From the NCBI RefSeq assembly GCF_026571515.1, contig NW_026858498.1:310001-374000 (forward strand): a stretch of DNA of 64,000 nucleotides, in the 5' to 3' direction. The first letter of the stretch is position 1. Each line of letters starts with the position of its first letter. Below the pieces are notes generated by a model that did not search any database, was not told where the DNA came from, and saw nothing but the letters and a program-made list of their open reading frames with translations. The position numbers and the translations under genes are program-made. This stretch comes from Ruditapes philippinarum. Its lineage: Eukaryota. Below, piece after piece: positions 14,557-27,957 of this stretch.

Positions 14557-16199
14557 TATTTAAAATAATTTGTATGATATGATTTTCGGGTGATTTTTAA
14601 CGGTATTTACCAAACATGTGAAACATGATTTGTCATGACCTACTTACCCTATTGGACTATTTCTCACAAGTATATGGTTTTCCAACAAGTATAGAACATT
14701 CCTACAAGTAAAGAGATAGGCCGGTCTTCACGTTTGACTAGGCTTTTTACTACCTCTTTAAGCTACAAATACTCAGCTTCAATAATTTATCATGCCAACA
14801 CTTTAGAGGCTAAAGTACAGAGTCTTTCAAGTGGAGGACTATGAGGGCCATTATATAAATATAAAACAACGTTAACTTTGCTTTTATCCTGAAAAATTGC
14901 TGAAATAAAGGCAAACATAAAGCTCTTATTAAAAAATTAAAAAAGACTGTTTCTATAATGTTTATCGTACTTTGTATTCAAAATACTTTGGAAAAAAGAT
15001 TGACAAGAAAACTGACAATTTCGTATGAATATTTTTACCAAGTACCAAAAACATAATTTAAATTTTTAAAAGAAGAAATCTGTGTCATTATTTTAAGAAC
15101 TTTGCTTTCTTACCGAATTATATATATTGTTGTCAAAAATAAGTAACTAACCTAAGTTTATTTCCATGCAATAACTCTGTGTTGTAGCCAATCGGCTATA
15201 ATTCAAAACATGCATGAGAATACTCTGAATTTAAAAATAAACTATTTTTTTATCTTTTAGAAAATATACCGCAAATAATGTTTATGTGCTTTTGGAATTA
15301 AATAGTTAATAGAAGTACTGACAGAAATTATTTATAGGATTGCATTTATTGGAGAAAAGACTCACTTAATAAACTGGATAATGCTGTGTATTTGTCTTAT
15401 TAAATTTTCTGGCAGACACATCCATCATATTATTGCATAAGAAGATGTAAATGCATAATAAAGTGAAAGAAACCATTATGGCTTACATTTCACTCAGACA
15501 ATATTGATTTTAAACATGCAATGACATGGCTGATAAATCTCGAACAAATTGTCAATATTTGAAGGTATTTTCTTTATGAATGTCTGATGACCCCTTAGAG
15601 AAAATAACTTGGCTATGTTATTATCAGAAAATACAATGGAATAAACGCAATAACTATTGTTATTGTCTGCCGTCGTCACAATTTTAAATTTGAAACAGAA
15701 TTTCAATCACATGCACATTTTATCCGTACTGTTTTCTTTTTGAGATACCTTCTTCCATTAAATAATTAAGTTTTATTTCAAAAGTAAATTGATCTAATTC
15801 ATTTTCCTACTTTTCTTTATAAAATGTAAAAAAAAAAGAAATTGTATTTGTTTTTGTATGTTTGTATATTGTATGTCTAGATCCAATACATTTTGTAATT
15901 TTATTTACATTTGTGTGTACATTTATTTCGTCTTCTAATGAATAAAAAGGTTTGGGTATTTCTGTACTGTTGATTTAAATGTCTGTTGATTTACAATTGC
16001 TTTGACAACTTATGACTTGATCGTCAGATAACTATTCAGTCTGTTTATTGTTTAGTTTAAATTAAAGTCATGGTTCTAGTTACAACATATTGATTTTAGT
16101 TGCATTAATGTACTCGAAAAAATACCGAATAGTAAACTAATTTTGACTTTTACCTGTTCACTTACTGTAAACTCCTGGATGGACATAATGTCACTTTAA

Positions 16200-17520
16200 G
16201 GGAAATATAAAATGTTGTACAACTATATAAAGTAATAAAAAAAAAAAACTAAAACCCAAATTTAAACCATTTGACAAAAAGTCGTTAATACCCCAATAAA
16301 AGGAAAAAGAAATAAAAATAATTTTAAAGTACAATTTAAAAAAATTTTTGCCAAAAATAATTTATCCCATAAATTTTCCCAAAAATCATTATTTCCCTTT
16401 AAAATTGGAAAAATCGTGGCCCCAATTTTTTTATTTTTAGTAAATACTGATTTCACATACCCGGGAAGTTCGAGAAATTTCTTGAAGTGAAAGGGTTTTT
16501 TGTATACTTAAAAGCACTTGTTTTTGGATACAACTAAGGGACCACATTTGCCTTTTAATCAGGGTTGGTGATATTGACTTAAAACAAATCTTTTTAAAAA
16601 TCTTATAAAAGGGTTCTGGGGGGAAAAAACATTGTGTTTAAACAAAAAAGGGCTTTTAAAAATTTAAAAAAAAAAAAAATGGGGAAACAGTCAAAAAAAT
16701 TTTTTGGAAAAATTTTAAGTCCCAAAGAAAAATACATTCCAGCCCCTTTAAAATAAAGGGTAAAGGGTACATGATGGTTCCCTCATTTTTTTAAGATTCA
16801 CTTCCCTTTGTTATTTTTCCATTTCCCTTAAAAATATGAAAAAATTTAAAATTTTAATTTTTTTTTTAGTTTAAAGGAGAAAAAGAAAAAAATTTTTTTC
16901 CCAAACAGGGCTTAATTTTTTCTTAAAACATGCCGGTGGGGTTTTAAATAATAATAAAAAAGTAAGTTTATTTTTACATCCCAAAAAAAAATTTTATCGT
17001 TTAAGTTAAAAAAAACTAAAACCCTTTTTATATTTCACCTAAGGGGAACTTTTAAAAAGCCCAAAACCCCAAATGGTGGGCAAGGGTTTTTCAATTTTAA
17101 TTTTAAAGTTGGCAAGTGCATAATGCTAGTTTAAAGAAAAAAAAGATAATAATGCATTGTTTTGTTTTACTCCGTGAAAAAGACCTGAAAATTTGAAATC
17201 TGTTGTTTTTTCCATTACTAATCTTGGCGTCCGCCGCCGAAAGCGCGGCGCCCTATTTGGGGAATGAAATGAGGATTTGGAAAAAGGGCGAACAGCAACT
17301 CTCGAGCCTTTTATAGTTGCCAATAATAAAACCGATTTCATTCCGATCGGTTATGAGGGTGGGTTGATTGTTAATTTAGTTGCGATAAATGTACAATGAA
17401 TGGCGAAACTGGGAAGAATTTCGCAATTGCAAAATTTTCAAATGAAATAACCTTTTCCGTCAATAAAATTCGCGCTCTTGGGGTTATGTTGCCCTTATCA
17501 TTTTGTTAGTTACACAGTGG
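16200..17520. other. second homopolymer-inflated segment, probable sequencing/assembly artefact
   Basis: 16260-17220 aligns to 45210-46100 with systematic run expansions. Confidence 0.7.
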
Positions 17521-18823
17521 GTTATTATGGTATGTTATTCCGAAAGGTTAATAGGACATGATGCAGTTTGATGACCTTAATATTCCGAAAATCTATTTAT
17601 AGAGGATGTACTCCTAGGTTAATTTCCCGGTCTCTCCGCCCGGATTTATAATGACCGGCGAATAGTACCACACGTTTATTGTCCCGCCGGTCTCTCCCGG
17701 TTTTGGAGTAGATATCGTTTACAGAACAGAACAAATATTTTACAGATAAATAAGCTTTTTTTCAGAAATGAATGTTTTCAACTTAGTTTTTGGTTACAAT
17801 AATTAATAAACACAGATCAACTCTTCGAATGTTGATTATTGATTATTATACATAAACATACAATTCGAAAAAAAACCAACAAAACACAAATCGCATGTTA
17901 TATTTTATCTATATGAGATAAAACAATAAATATGCTACAATAATTGAGAAAAAATGTACATTTTTATGGCATTAATATGCACTATCAACTTTTAAAACAT
18001 TTATATAATTTATTATTCGTGTTTAGTAAAGATTAATTCCGAGAATTATTCAAAGTTACAAAATCAGATTTTATGAATTATTCAATTGATTGATAATTTA
18101 AAAAATGATAAAGAAAAATACAAATGTACATGTATATGGTTTAAGAATAACAAAAACAATATTATAAATTGAAAGATTAACCATGATTTTACTGACTTTT
18201 TCCAGTTAAGTTTTGACTTTATAATCGTCGATCATTATGACAATTGAATTTCTTAAAATAGTAGTAAACGTAAAAACTCAGTATTAAAATAGCGCATAAA
18301 ACACACACAAAAAAAAAAAAGAAAAAGAAAACAATATTCATAAAATCTGTATTTTTTTTTTTTAAAATAGAAATTACATTTATTGTATAATAAACAATTA
18401 TGCTCAACATGATCAACATGGTAAATAATAAAATGTCATATTGTTACTTAGTGTGAACAGATACCTTAAGAGGGGGTCCTCGTTAATAGCAATAACATAA
18501 TAAGGACAATTACACAAGTATGGTGTTGATCATGCGTTACACATATGGATTATAAATGATTGTATACATGTATATCCGTTGCTATTAATAACCACGATCA
18601 TAAAGAAATAACAAGTAATATTCTAATTTCTAGCATGCCGATCAAAGTTATAAATAATGAACAATGTCTTTCGTCCGTTCATTCAAAAGTGATATACAAT
18701 TCTGGTAAAACCCAATGAACCATTGAAAAGTTTATAAGAATATCTTGTCATCATATATCTACTAGTTCATCTGCACCTGCTGTTTGGACGCCCTTTGATG
18801 CTTTGCATCAATGCTTTTCTTGT
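17220..18823 (+). mobile_element. non-autonomous Helitron/Helentron-like insertion
   Basis: Absent at the paralogous site ~46100. Subterminal inverted motif GGCGTCC (17226) / GGACGCC (18786), then a small hairpin TTGATGC-TTT-GCATCAA and a TTCTTGT end; no TSD evident. Confidence 0.55.
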
Positions 18824-20918
18824 ACATAGTTTAAACAGTAATTTAATACTTTATATGAAAGTACATATACAATAACATCATGCATGACGTTAACACTATA
18901 CCAAGGTTACACAAACTGTCTATATGCACCAAAAGGTGAACAACCGATAAAACAAGGCCGCCGTAATATAGATCGTAAATCAAGCGAACAACAAAACAAA
19001 TAGCGAATAATACTTGCATATCTATTTCGCAATCCTTTGAGAAAACTTTGGTTCATGCACTAATTTGAATTTTTGTATACGATGATTAACCAGTTCGTGA
19101 CACTACTTTGTTAGTATAAGAAACCTATATATATTCATAGAGTTTGACGGAACATACTATTCTCGATATATACATATAGGCTTGTGTAGTAAGGACCTTA
19201 TATACTTAGAAGATGTCAATACTAGAATTATTTCATTTTGTTTATTGCTTGTGCTAAAGGACATGGGTGGTAGAATACATTTACCACTGACGTCCACGAG
19301 AAAGCTTAATCAAACCTGGCCTTAATGGTCAAATTTTGAAGTTACCCGTTTTCAATGTTTTCATTTTCGCAAGTCATTTTGAAAATTGGAATTTCTTTTG
19401 TATAGATTTTTCCCCAATATATTAATAGACAACAGCTTACAGTTCAAACGTTAAAACTAGTTCATGGAATTTAGAACTTAGAATATCATATATACTTGTA
19501 TTTAAGCAATAATAACTACTTTCATACGATAACACTTATAGAAAAATGAAGTAAATCTATACTTTATGACAAAAAATATGAATGTCTTTGGTCAATGAAG
19601 CATTTCTGATGTTATATTGCAGTGTCTGTTTTAAAAACCCATTTACTGAATATTCAGACAATAATTACTTGATCTCCTAGAGGTAAGACTTTTGAGTTTA
19701 TTAAGCTACTATATCTGGAAAAGCTTATGGGTACATTATGATAATACAAAATATCAAGTACAACTGATAAGGCCTTTCTATATATATATTTTAAACAACG
19801 GAAATGACATTTATTTATACATATGCAACGTATAAATATTCTGTCATGTTAAGAAACACTGAGTGTATCATATCGAAAGAAAATTAATTTTACTTAGTCT
19901 AAGTGCCCTACAGACACACAACATTTCAAAAATGGATTTAGAAAGTTAAGACCTTTAGATTATTTATTTCAGATCTTTATGTCATTCATGTATATATTTA
20001 AATTTTCACTAGTATCCACTTTTAGAGAAAATCTTTAATCTTGTACGTATATTCACGTATTTGAGATTTTGAAAATAATGATTATGTTATGTTATTATTT
20101 AATTCCCGTAGCGAGATAATTAAATTTAAGCAGTTTTGCTTTGTGTTTGAGTTTTTCTTATATTTTTCAAGGACTAAAAAAACAACTTTTATTGTCGTCA
20201 TTAAAGACATTCAAAGTTTATAACATTGAAAAGTTCTCGTAGAAATATGTAAAAAGAATGCATCTGACCGGTCAACATGTTTACTGTTTTCTTCTTGTTT
20301 CTTATTCCTTTAATATAGCAACACAATACATAATAATTACAAACGTAAGACACATATTTAAACCTAATAGAGTATGAGCTGGAAATGGAAAAGGTTACCC
20401 CCTCTGGGTATTTTATGGGACCCATGTAGTTTTAAAGATAAACATATAGGAAGACATTTGCAACTTGTTGTCTGACTGAAACGTTTACCATTAAGACACA
20501 AGCAAATGTGAATTATCTGCCCCTGTCACAATTCTTTAATAAACAGCCTTATTGAAATAACCATTATTTTTTAACCAAATGAATTGTAATGTAGTCGGTT
20601 TTTGTTTTAGATCATAGACAAGGGCTCTAAAATGATTTACTTCATAATTAATTGATGTTATTACTTTTCAAAATGGCCGCCAAATTCAAAATGGCCGCCA
20701 TTTTCCTCTTATTTTATTAACATTTTAATATAAACTTTGTGGTTTTGTTTAAAAAAAAAGCAAAACATCACTTAATCATAAAAAAGTTGTTTGTATAGAT
20801 ATTATGAAGTTAAATAGACTTTTTGTTGTTCAATTTGGGTTCATGATAATGCTATTAAAGAATATAATTTTCCCCCCCCCCCCCTTTCAATGTTTTGCAA
20901 TACAGTTTTTTAGTCATA

Positions 20919-21663
20919 CAGTCGACTCCACTTATAACGAACTCGCTTATAACGAATTATCGTTAATAGCGAACTAAATCTGAGATCCCCGGCCGATTCC
21001 TTCCTAAATCACATCGCTTAATACGTATTCGCTTATAGCGAATTTTCGGCTATAACGAATCATTTTTTCAAGCCCCAAATGACGGAATACATTTAAATTT
21101 CCTCGGTTATAACAAACTGTTATTATTGAAATTTCGGGATGCGCTTGATAAGGATCAGTACATAAATAACACTTTCCGATAATTAAACAATCGAATGATT
21201 GCACAGGTTAGTTATGGCTTAAGGGGATAAAGATTTTGAAAAATATTCTCATAACATAATTTCCTACTTGTTACGGAAATTTGTATTTCACACCCTCAGT
21301 TGATTGCTGTAAATACCCGATAAGTGCCAAGTAATCGATTTTTCGTGTTTGCATTATTAACCAAACAATAATAAACAAAAAGCAAAAGAAAACAAATGGT
21401 TAAAACTTCATAGACAATTAATACATGAATAAATATATGTACCATGTACATAATATATTGCTCAATAAAATGCCCCGCATTAAATAACCGCTGCAGTAAA
21501 ATACCGGTTACACCGGTAACCAGTGAAGAGTATGGCTTTTTCACGGCATTTTTGCCCTCCCAAATAAGTCAGCAAGTTGTTGCGACTTCGCTATTAGCGA
21601 ACTTCGGATATAACGAACGATATTTTAATGTCCCATTGAGTTCGTTATAACCGGAGTCGACTG
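20919..21663. mobile_element. Tc1/mariner (pogo/Tigger-like) MITE nested in the Academ element
   Basis: 26-bp TIRs CAGTCGACTCC(AC/GG)TTATAACGAACTC, TA TSD on both sides, subterminal TTATAACGAA/TATAGCGAA repeats. Confidence 0.9.
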
Positions 21664-22431
21664 TATATTTATTATTACTCGAAATCTTCTTCGAAAATTA
21701 CATCAATATAAATTTCCATCTCAATTTCCTCTAGATCACCTTCTTGAACATTTTAATCATCTTCTAACACTTCACTAGCATTTTTATTAGCTATGATTTC
21801 AATTTATCCTGGTGGTAGTATATTTTCCTCTGTCCAGGGACAATATATATGTGAGACCTCCGGTTGTACCAGTATTCCGACCATATCTATCAGGACTTGG
21901 AATTGACAAAAGGCATTTCACCACACAAATACTTGGTAATTTGATCTAAAAATATGCATCTTTAATGTGGAAAGATATGCTGGTATTGAACGCAAGTCAA
22001 TAACATAGGTTATTGTAAGTATGTCTGCATTTAGTCTAAAATTTTGTCTGAAAATGTCAACGCACAACTTATTTATATATCACTTTGACTTTCCTTTATA
22101 AAATGCAAACAAACTGTTATAGAATTTTGAAATCTTCTTCTTAAATATCAACACTCTCGCCCATTCTCTTGAAGACTAGTTATAAGTATATATTCAGGAT
22201 ATATATACAAAAAAATGTTAACGGCTTTAATTTTCCCCCTCATGAAAAGGGCTCGTGTTATCACATCCGGTGAAACTATGTAGCCCAATCAATGCTTTGC
22301 AAAGATCTTCTACTTAATTTGTCTATCAATGATTTTATTTACTTTCAACAGTCTTCTATTATTATTATTAGCCACACCAGTGTCAAATAGTATTAATCTG
22401 TTGATAGACTGTGCTTACGTTATAGAAAATG

Positions 22432-23380
22432 ATATGATAAACAAGATCAACAAGGAAAGGCGGCGTTCAATGAACGCAACCCCCACACGACCCAGCAACA
22501 AGAACCAATGGCAAGGAGCCCAGGGGGACCCCAAACAAAAACAGGACAGGGCAAAGACAGAGCACGGACAGGTTAATCATTAAATGATAATTAATTTGTA
22601 ACTGATTAGGAATTCAAAGAAAATAAAAATAGGCCCACAAAGGGGAAGGGGACAGGAGACCGGGGGAGGGGGTGGGGAGTAATCAAAGAAATAAAAACTA
22701 GAGGCAATGGGGAAGATACTTACCGTAGACGAGAAAACAACAAGGGACACAAGCAAAAGTGTCACCAAAACAGTATGAAACAACAATAAGACATACATCT
22801 GAGGAACACAGTGGGGCGCCGCCTTGGAACGGTCAGCAGCATAATAATGACTGCTGGGGAGTTTAAAACCGGTTAATGGTGCACCAAAACCTCGCTCTTA
22901 GCCCCATCATGTTCCTATAAACGAGACAGTGTAAATAAAATGAATCCCCGCCAAGTGAAATTCTAACAGTTGTCATGGTTACAAAAGGTTAAATAAGTAA
23001 AACACTAAAATGATCATGTAGAAACATATAAAAGTAAACCCAATGACCATAACAAAAGTACTCAATGTCCTAAAGGAAGACAGAGCAACAAGAAAATCAC
23101 CTACAAGGGCCCGACGAAGCAAGGCAGAAGACGAACATTAAGACAATTCAGTCCCAAAGGGCTTTACGAACTATCCATCATAGAGTCTCCCACTTGGTCC
23201 GTCAGATGCAATCAAAAGAGGAAAGCGTAGTGTCCAACTGTAAAAGGGTTGAACACTAAACATGCAGTATGTCTTAAAATAGTAGGGTCATAACCTCTTT
23301 TAATAAAACGTTTAATGATTTTAGTAAAAACAGCAGAAAATTTACCATGACCCAAAATCTTACGAAGTTTGTAAATCACA
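22432..23380 (-). mobile_element. 5'-truncated Penelope-like retroelement (Naiad-type), copy A
   Basis: Reverse complement of ~33885-34813 with few differences; encodes the RT C-terminus VIYKLRKILGHG..KRGYDPTILRHTACLVFNPFTVGHYAFLF*. Confidence 0.9.
23127..23190 (-). promoter_or_regulatory. SECIS-like stem-loop (type II) in Penelope-like copy A
   Basis: Identical to 34073-34136 on the opposite strand. Confidence 0.6.
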
Positions 23381-23390
23381 AACTATGTTT

Positions 23391-23526
23391 ATGTCATTTT
23401 CTTCTGATAACATGATAAGCTGACCAAAGACATTGCCAGTGGCCTTAACTTCAACAAGATTGTTTATGTCACTTTCTTAACGTTCTTTGTATCGGCAAAG
23501 GTTTTTCAGTTTTGCATAAAAACAAA
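23391..23526 (+). repeat. 136-bp duplicate of 23934-24069
   Basis: Two mismatches; lies directly at the 5'-truncation junction of Penelope-like copy A. Confidence 0.9.
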
Positions 23527-26500
23527 GTAATATCATAACATTAGTATCAGGATATCGTACAATTATTGCTTTGTCATCATTTTCAGCCGCATGTAACATA
23601 TGTAGCATAATTCTGGTATCGGCTTCCTCCTGAGACATATGTAGATCTGGAATCGGTATTACTTCTACTTTTACATCTTTACTTTGGAGGCATACACATG
23701 TCTCTTCACAAGCACAAGATTCTCCTTCCGTCCAATTTCCCTGCATATTTATTTTTAGACAATTCTTCTAATATCAATCTTATGTTTTTGTTACCTGGCC
23801 TCTGTTCATTGTATATTCGCCTCCGAGATCATGCATTAGTTTTGCCTTAGCAGTCTTTGTTGGTAAAACATCTGCTGTAGCTAGAGACCAAGGCACTGGT
23901 CCAAGCGGGTACGTTAGGGTCTTTTCAAGGATAATGTCATTTTCTTCTGAAAACATGATAAGCTGACCAAAGACATTGCCAGCGGCCTTAACTTCAACAA
24001 GATTGTTTATGTCACTTTCTTAACGTTCTTTGTATCGGCAAAGGTTTTTCAGTTTTGCATAAAAACAAACAGTTTTATCCACCAGACGTTCTTTGGGGAG
24101 CTTTTTGTGTGCTTCAAGTCCATTTCGGTAGGTATCAAACAGACTCTGGTGCAGGATCCCCTGAACTTAAACAAATAAAAACATCCCAATTATCTGTTGC
24201 AAATGAATTCATAAAGTTAGTTATTGATTATTTGAGTTTCGTGACATTTTTTTTCAAATGCAGCTATATTTGCTGGTTGTGTATCAATGTGTGTAGAAGA
24301 ATCCGCTGATATGCCGGCCATGCGGAATATAGCCTCAACATAGCTTGATCTCGAGTGTTGTGTTTGACTCCATCTGTAGTAGGCAGCAAAGTTTCTGCTG
24401 CCAATCCTATTATGCCTCAACGAGACTTTGCACATCTGTTTATTATTTGCTCAATACATTGTAGTTATATTAACAGCATTACAGAGCCAGGCACATTGGA
24501 TCTGCTTACACTGAAACCGTTATTTTGAAGAAGCTTTCTTGATCCGGTGTGTTGAATCATTTATTTATCAACATAAGAACATATACAGATAGATATTTTG
24601 CATAATTTTGATGATCATATGCAAAGAATAATTGTAGCATATTTTATAATGTTGATATGTATAGGTCAAGATCATTTTCCTTCGTTGCTCTCATAAAACA
24701 AAGAAGCAGCCAAATCTTAACAATAAATCCCTTCAAATCTGTGCTGTCTTCCCGAAGTGACCTTTTCCGACGTCTTCCTTGAACTCTTGATACCTCTTGT
24801 AAAGTACAATGACAGAATCATTAGCTAACACATCTTCAAGGTGTTCACGTCTTTGATTCTCAGCTAGCACATTTAAAGCTTGGTTGATATCTTCCAATGC
24901 ACTAGAGTTGTGGATTTGGATAACTAGTGCTACAAAATCTTCAAAAAGCAATCTTTCAAGAGCTTCAACTGTAAACACATTAACACATTCACTCTTCTCT
25001 ATCAGGATTTCTGAGAAACCACTTCCACGAAGCCGTTTGCCAATCGCCCCTAGGTATGAACCTAGCAAACGAAAAGCCCCTAAATGTATGATAGTATCAC
25101 TGTACTTAGTCGGATTTTCCATACTGTAGAATATGCCTTTTAGCAGCGGCCAAATCAAAGGTCACAAATGTGTATTGTTGGTTTACAGCTCTTGAAACAC
25201 TTGAAATTTCTAGAATTTTCTTAACAGTTGCATTTTTTTGTACTTTGGGCAATTAAAGTACATTGGTAGACATGTACTCTTCTGTAGAAGATGTTTGATC
25301 ATGCAACTCAGAGGTTAGAGAGATCTAGCCAGTCCAACTTGGAACAATCTGCTTGTCATGTACACATGAACCAGAGAAAGTCAGATGAAACAGCAAAACC
25401 TGAAACATTTCCTTTGTCGAAACTTATAGGTATTGATAAATGGTTCTTATTTCCCAGTAATTAAGCATGCAGCTAATTCTTCAGGATTGTATTTAACAGT
25501 GCATGCGTTAGTCGCCTGTATATTTGATATATTAGTGGATGTTTGTTCTCTTTTAGTGTCATCATCATCATCATCTTACGGCTGTTCTCTCAAAACAATT
25601 TTGTGCGCAGTATGGGTTGTTATTTAGATGGATTAGATGGAAATGGTCTCAGCACAAATTTGTTATCAAATTGCTTTTACAGAAATTGTATCAGGGAGAA
25701 CAATGTCCCGATAAAGAGTACCTTTACACAGTTTCAAACTCCAAATCTGAGAGGAGTATGACTGACAATGTCCGAAATGTTTCATCAGTGTCTTATGCTG
25801 TCATATGCTGTGTTGCATTTCAATAAAGATTTATTCAACAAAATTACTCTTAAACAATTGATTTTAAGGGAAAAACATACTATTACTAAAGCATACTATT
25901 ATCTGCTTTTTTTCTAATGGCGCAATGAAAATAGGGGAAGTAACTTTATAATGTTTTTTTAAAGGGCAGTAACAATGATAATGAAATTTAATACATTAAT
26001 CTCAGTTTTTTTTTCTAATAATAATAAAAAACTACCAACAAAAGGCTTAAGTCATTTTAAATAAAATAAGAGTAAGAACAGTTTCCTTTGGTGGAACTCA
26101 ACGAGCAGCCTTTGTCAAATAGTCATTGTGGTGCGGGTAAGCTCTACAATTCATTATAGTCATATGGATATACAGAAACAGAACGGAACGGAGAAGTCAA
26201 CTACCAACTTTTCAAATTGTTTTTCATATAAGTGAGAGTATATTAAGTTTCTAGAGAGGACAAAAAGTCAATATTCGCATGAAATTCAATTAAAAGTATC
26301 TTATGGAACTTTAAAGGCAGCTCAAATCGACCCCAAATATTTATGGTTCATATCTCTATAAAATTGAAATAATATTCAAGAGCACAACATTTAAAATTCT
26401 ACCTAGAATAGAGTTAGTTTCACTAAGCATATCATATATAATTAATAATTACATCAAACCTTGTATAAATGGATTTAAACACATTAAATATTGTTATGAA

Positions 26501-27865
26501 TTGTTTATCTGTTCAATAATTGGCGGCCATTTTAAAATGGCGGACACCATTAATTATGTTATTTTTTATGTTAAAACTTGAAACTTTTTGTATAAAACAT
26601 AAAAAATATATTTACAACTCAAAAAAATGTTTAGATCACAAATTTACTCTGTCATAGAGAAGATATCTGTAGAAATCTTATAAAACTTATATAGAAAAAA
26701 TATGATTCAAGGGGAGATAATCAACTTGTTCTATTAGATTCATGGTAAACGTTTCAGCTAAACAACAAGTGCCAATCGATAGCACATACCCTAAGCTTCA
26801 ATACTATAAAGGTGTACAAAAATACTCAGGGGGGGGGGGGGTATGCTAGCCCAGCGTCTATAATGCGTGTGTATGCATTATATAATTTTCTCATTCAATT
26901 TGTTATAATGTACAATCATATTTATCGCAAGAAATATATTATAGCAAATCCCATCACTCTCACATCTGTTTAAAATTTAAAAGAAATAAGTGCCATTAGG
27001 GATTTTTTTCATTTGGAAGTAATATTAGTTACGGTGTTTTCCAGGTTAGAAAAATAGAGTTCCCAAAAAACATTTATTGTACATTAAAATGCTCCAAGGA
27101 ATTTCAATTTGTACTATACAGGAGGCATATCTTTATGTAAATTAATTCGTCAATAACAGTAATTTTCCTATTGGGAGTTTTGATTAAGATCCCTTTGATT
27201 TGTTTTCAGTTCATCTCTGCTCTGCATTTTTTCAGCTGCCTTTGTAATTGACAATATCATTAGAATCAGGAATATTTTAAGGGTCGAAAAAGCAAACGTG
27301 TATAACCCTAAAATCAGGAAAAGTACATATAAAGTATAAATGAGCGTAAGAATCATAACATATGTTTCAGACGGATTAATAAAGAGGGTGTATACATTAT
27401 ACCAAATTAAGATAAAATTTCTTGCATATTAATATCGATTTTTTAAATAAAAGAAGAAAAATGGAAAGGCTGATGCAAATTGTAAAAGATATTTGCCCTT
27501 GTGTATCAGGCAATGTTTTTTTAGGTCTTATTCTGTCGAACATTTAGAACATTTAGATTGCCTTTATCGTTCTATTACTTCAGTAAGCTCTAGAGCGTTT
27601 TATTAACTTTGGAGAAGATATTGTTTCACTCTCATATTGGTTAAATATTTAAAAAATCAGTCTCGGAATAATTTTATTGCTTTTAGTAGGTAATTGTCAA
27701 TTTACATTTTTAGTGTTTTACATTATTTATACATGTTGGAAATGGGTATGCCAGTTATATAAATATTTATTTTATGAGTGGTGTATCGATTACACACATG
27801 GATACATATCGTTTATTTGCATCGTCATTTTATGTTATATATGACAGTCACATGTTTTTCAATGA

Positions 27866-27900
27866 ACGTCGCCTTTCCTTGTGGATCTTGTTTACCATAT
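27866..27900 (+). mobile_element. short 3'-end fragment of the Penelope-like element
   Basis: TGAACGTCGCCTTTCCTTGTGGATCTTGTTTACCATAT matches 34776-34813. Confidence 0.7.
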
Positions 27901-27957
27901 GTTACGTATGAGCAAGAAAATCATGACTTTTTTACAAATACTATAGCCTTACGTGCA

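Larger units (their letters stand above)
21680..25830 (-). pseudogene. Academ transposase/XPG-like nuclease pseudogene (frameshifts, stops, interrupted at ~22415-23513)
   Basis: Motifs in order on the minus strand: FGHCQSYS (~25770), HLGAFRLLGSYLGAIGKRLRGSGFSEILIE (ORF 24733-25158), SQEEADTRIMLHMLHA..IIVRYPDTNVMILL (ORF 23477-23746), ILFDTG..RRLL and LCKALIGLHSFTGCD (~22260-22395), acidic C-terminus (~21700-21830). Confidence 0.85.
20368..26860 (-). mobile_element. Academ DNA transposon (XPG-nuclease type), internally deleted and decayed
   Basis: Termini TAG (20368) and CTA (26860); TAA TSD at 20365-20367 and 26861-26863; long imperfect inverted ends (TACCCCC..GTATTTT..ACTTGTTGT..CTGAAACGTTTACCAT, CAAAATGGCCGCC motifs); empty site at ~48697 in copy 2; contains transposase/XPG relics. 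Confidence 0.85.

Noticed and set aside
15583-15625. CTGATGA..GAAA hammerhead-like core (also ~44510)
   Set aside because: Stems I and II do not pair, and copy 0 (~7381) reads CTGATAA.
22329-22798. ORFs in the PLE 3' region (also 34287-34890)
   Set aside because: Incidental frames in the non-coding part of the retroelement; start and stop positions differ between copies.
27168-27356. ORF with a hydrophobic, signal-peptide-like N-terminus
   Set aside because: The paralog at ~49020-49170 has indels and an earlier stop; hydrophobicity is explained by T-rich composition.
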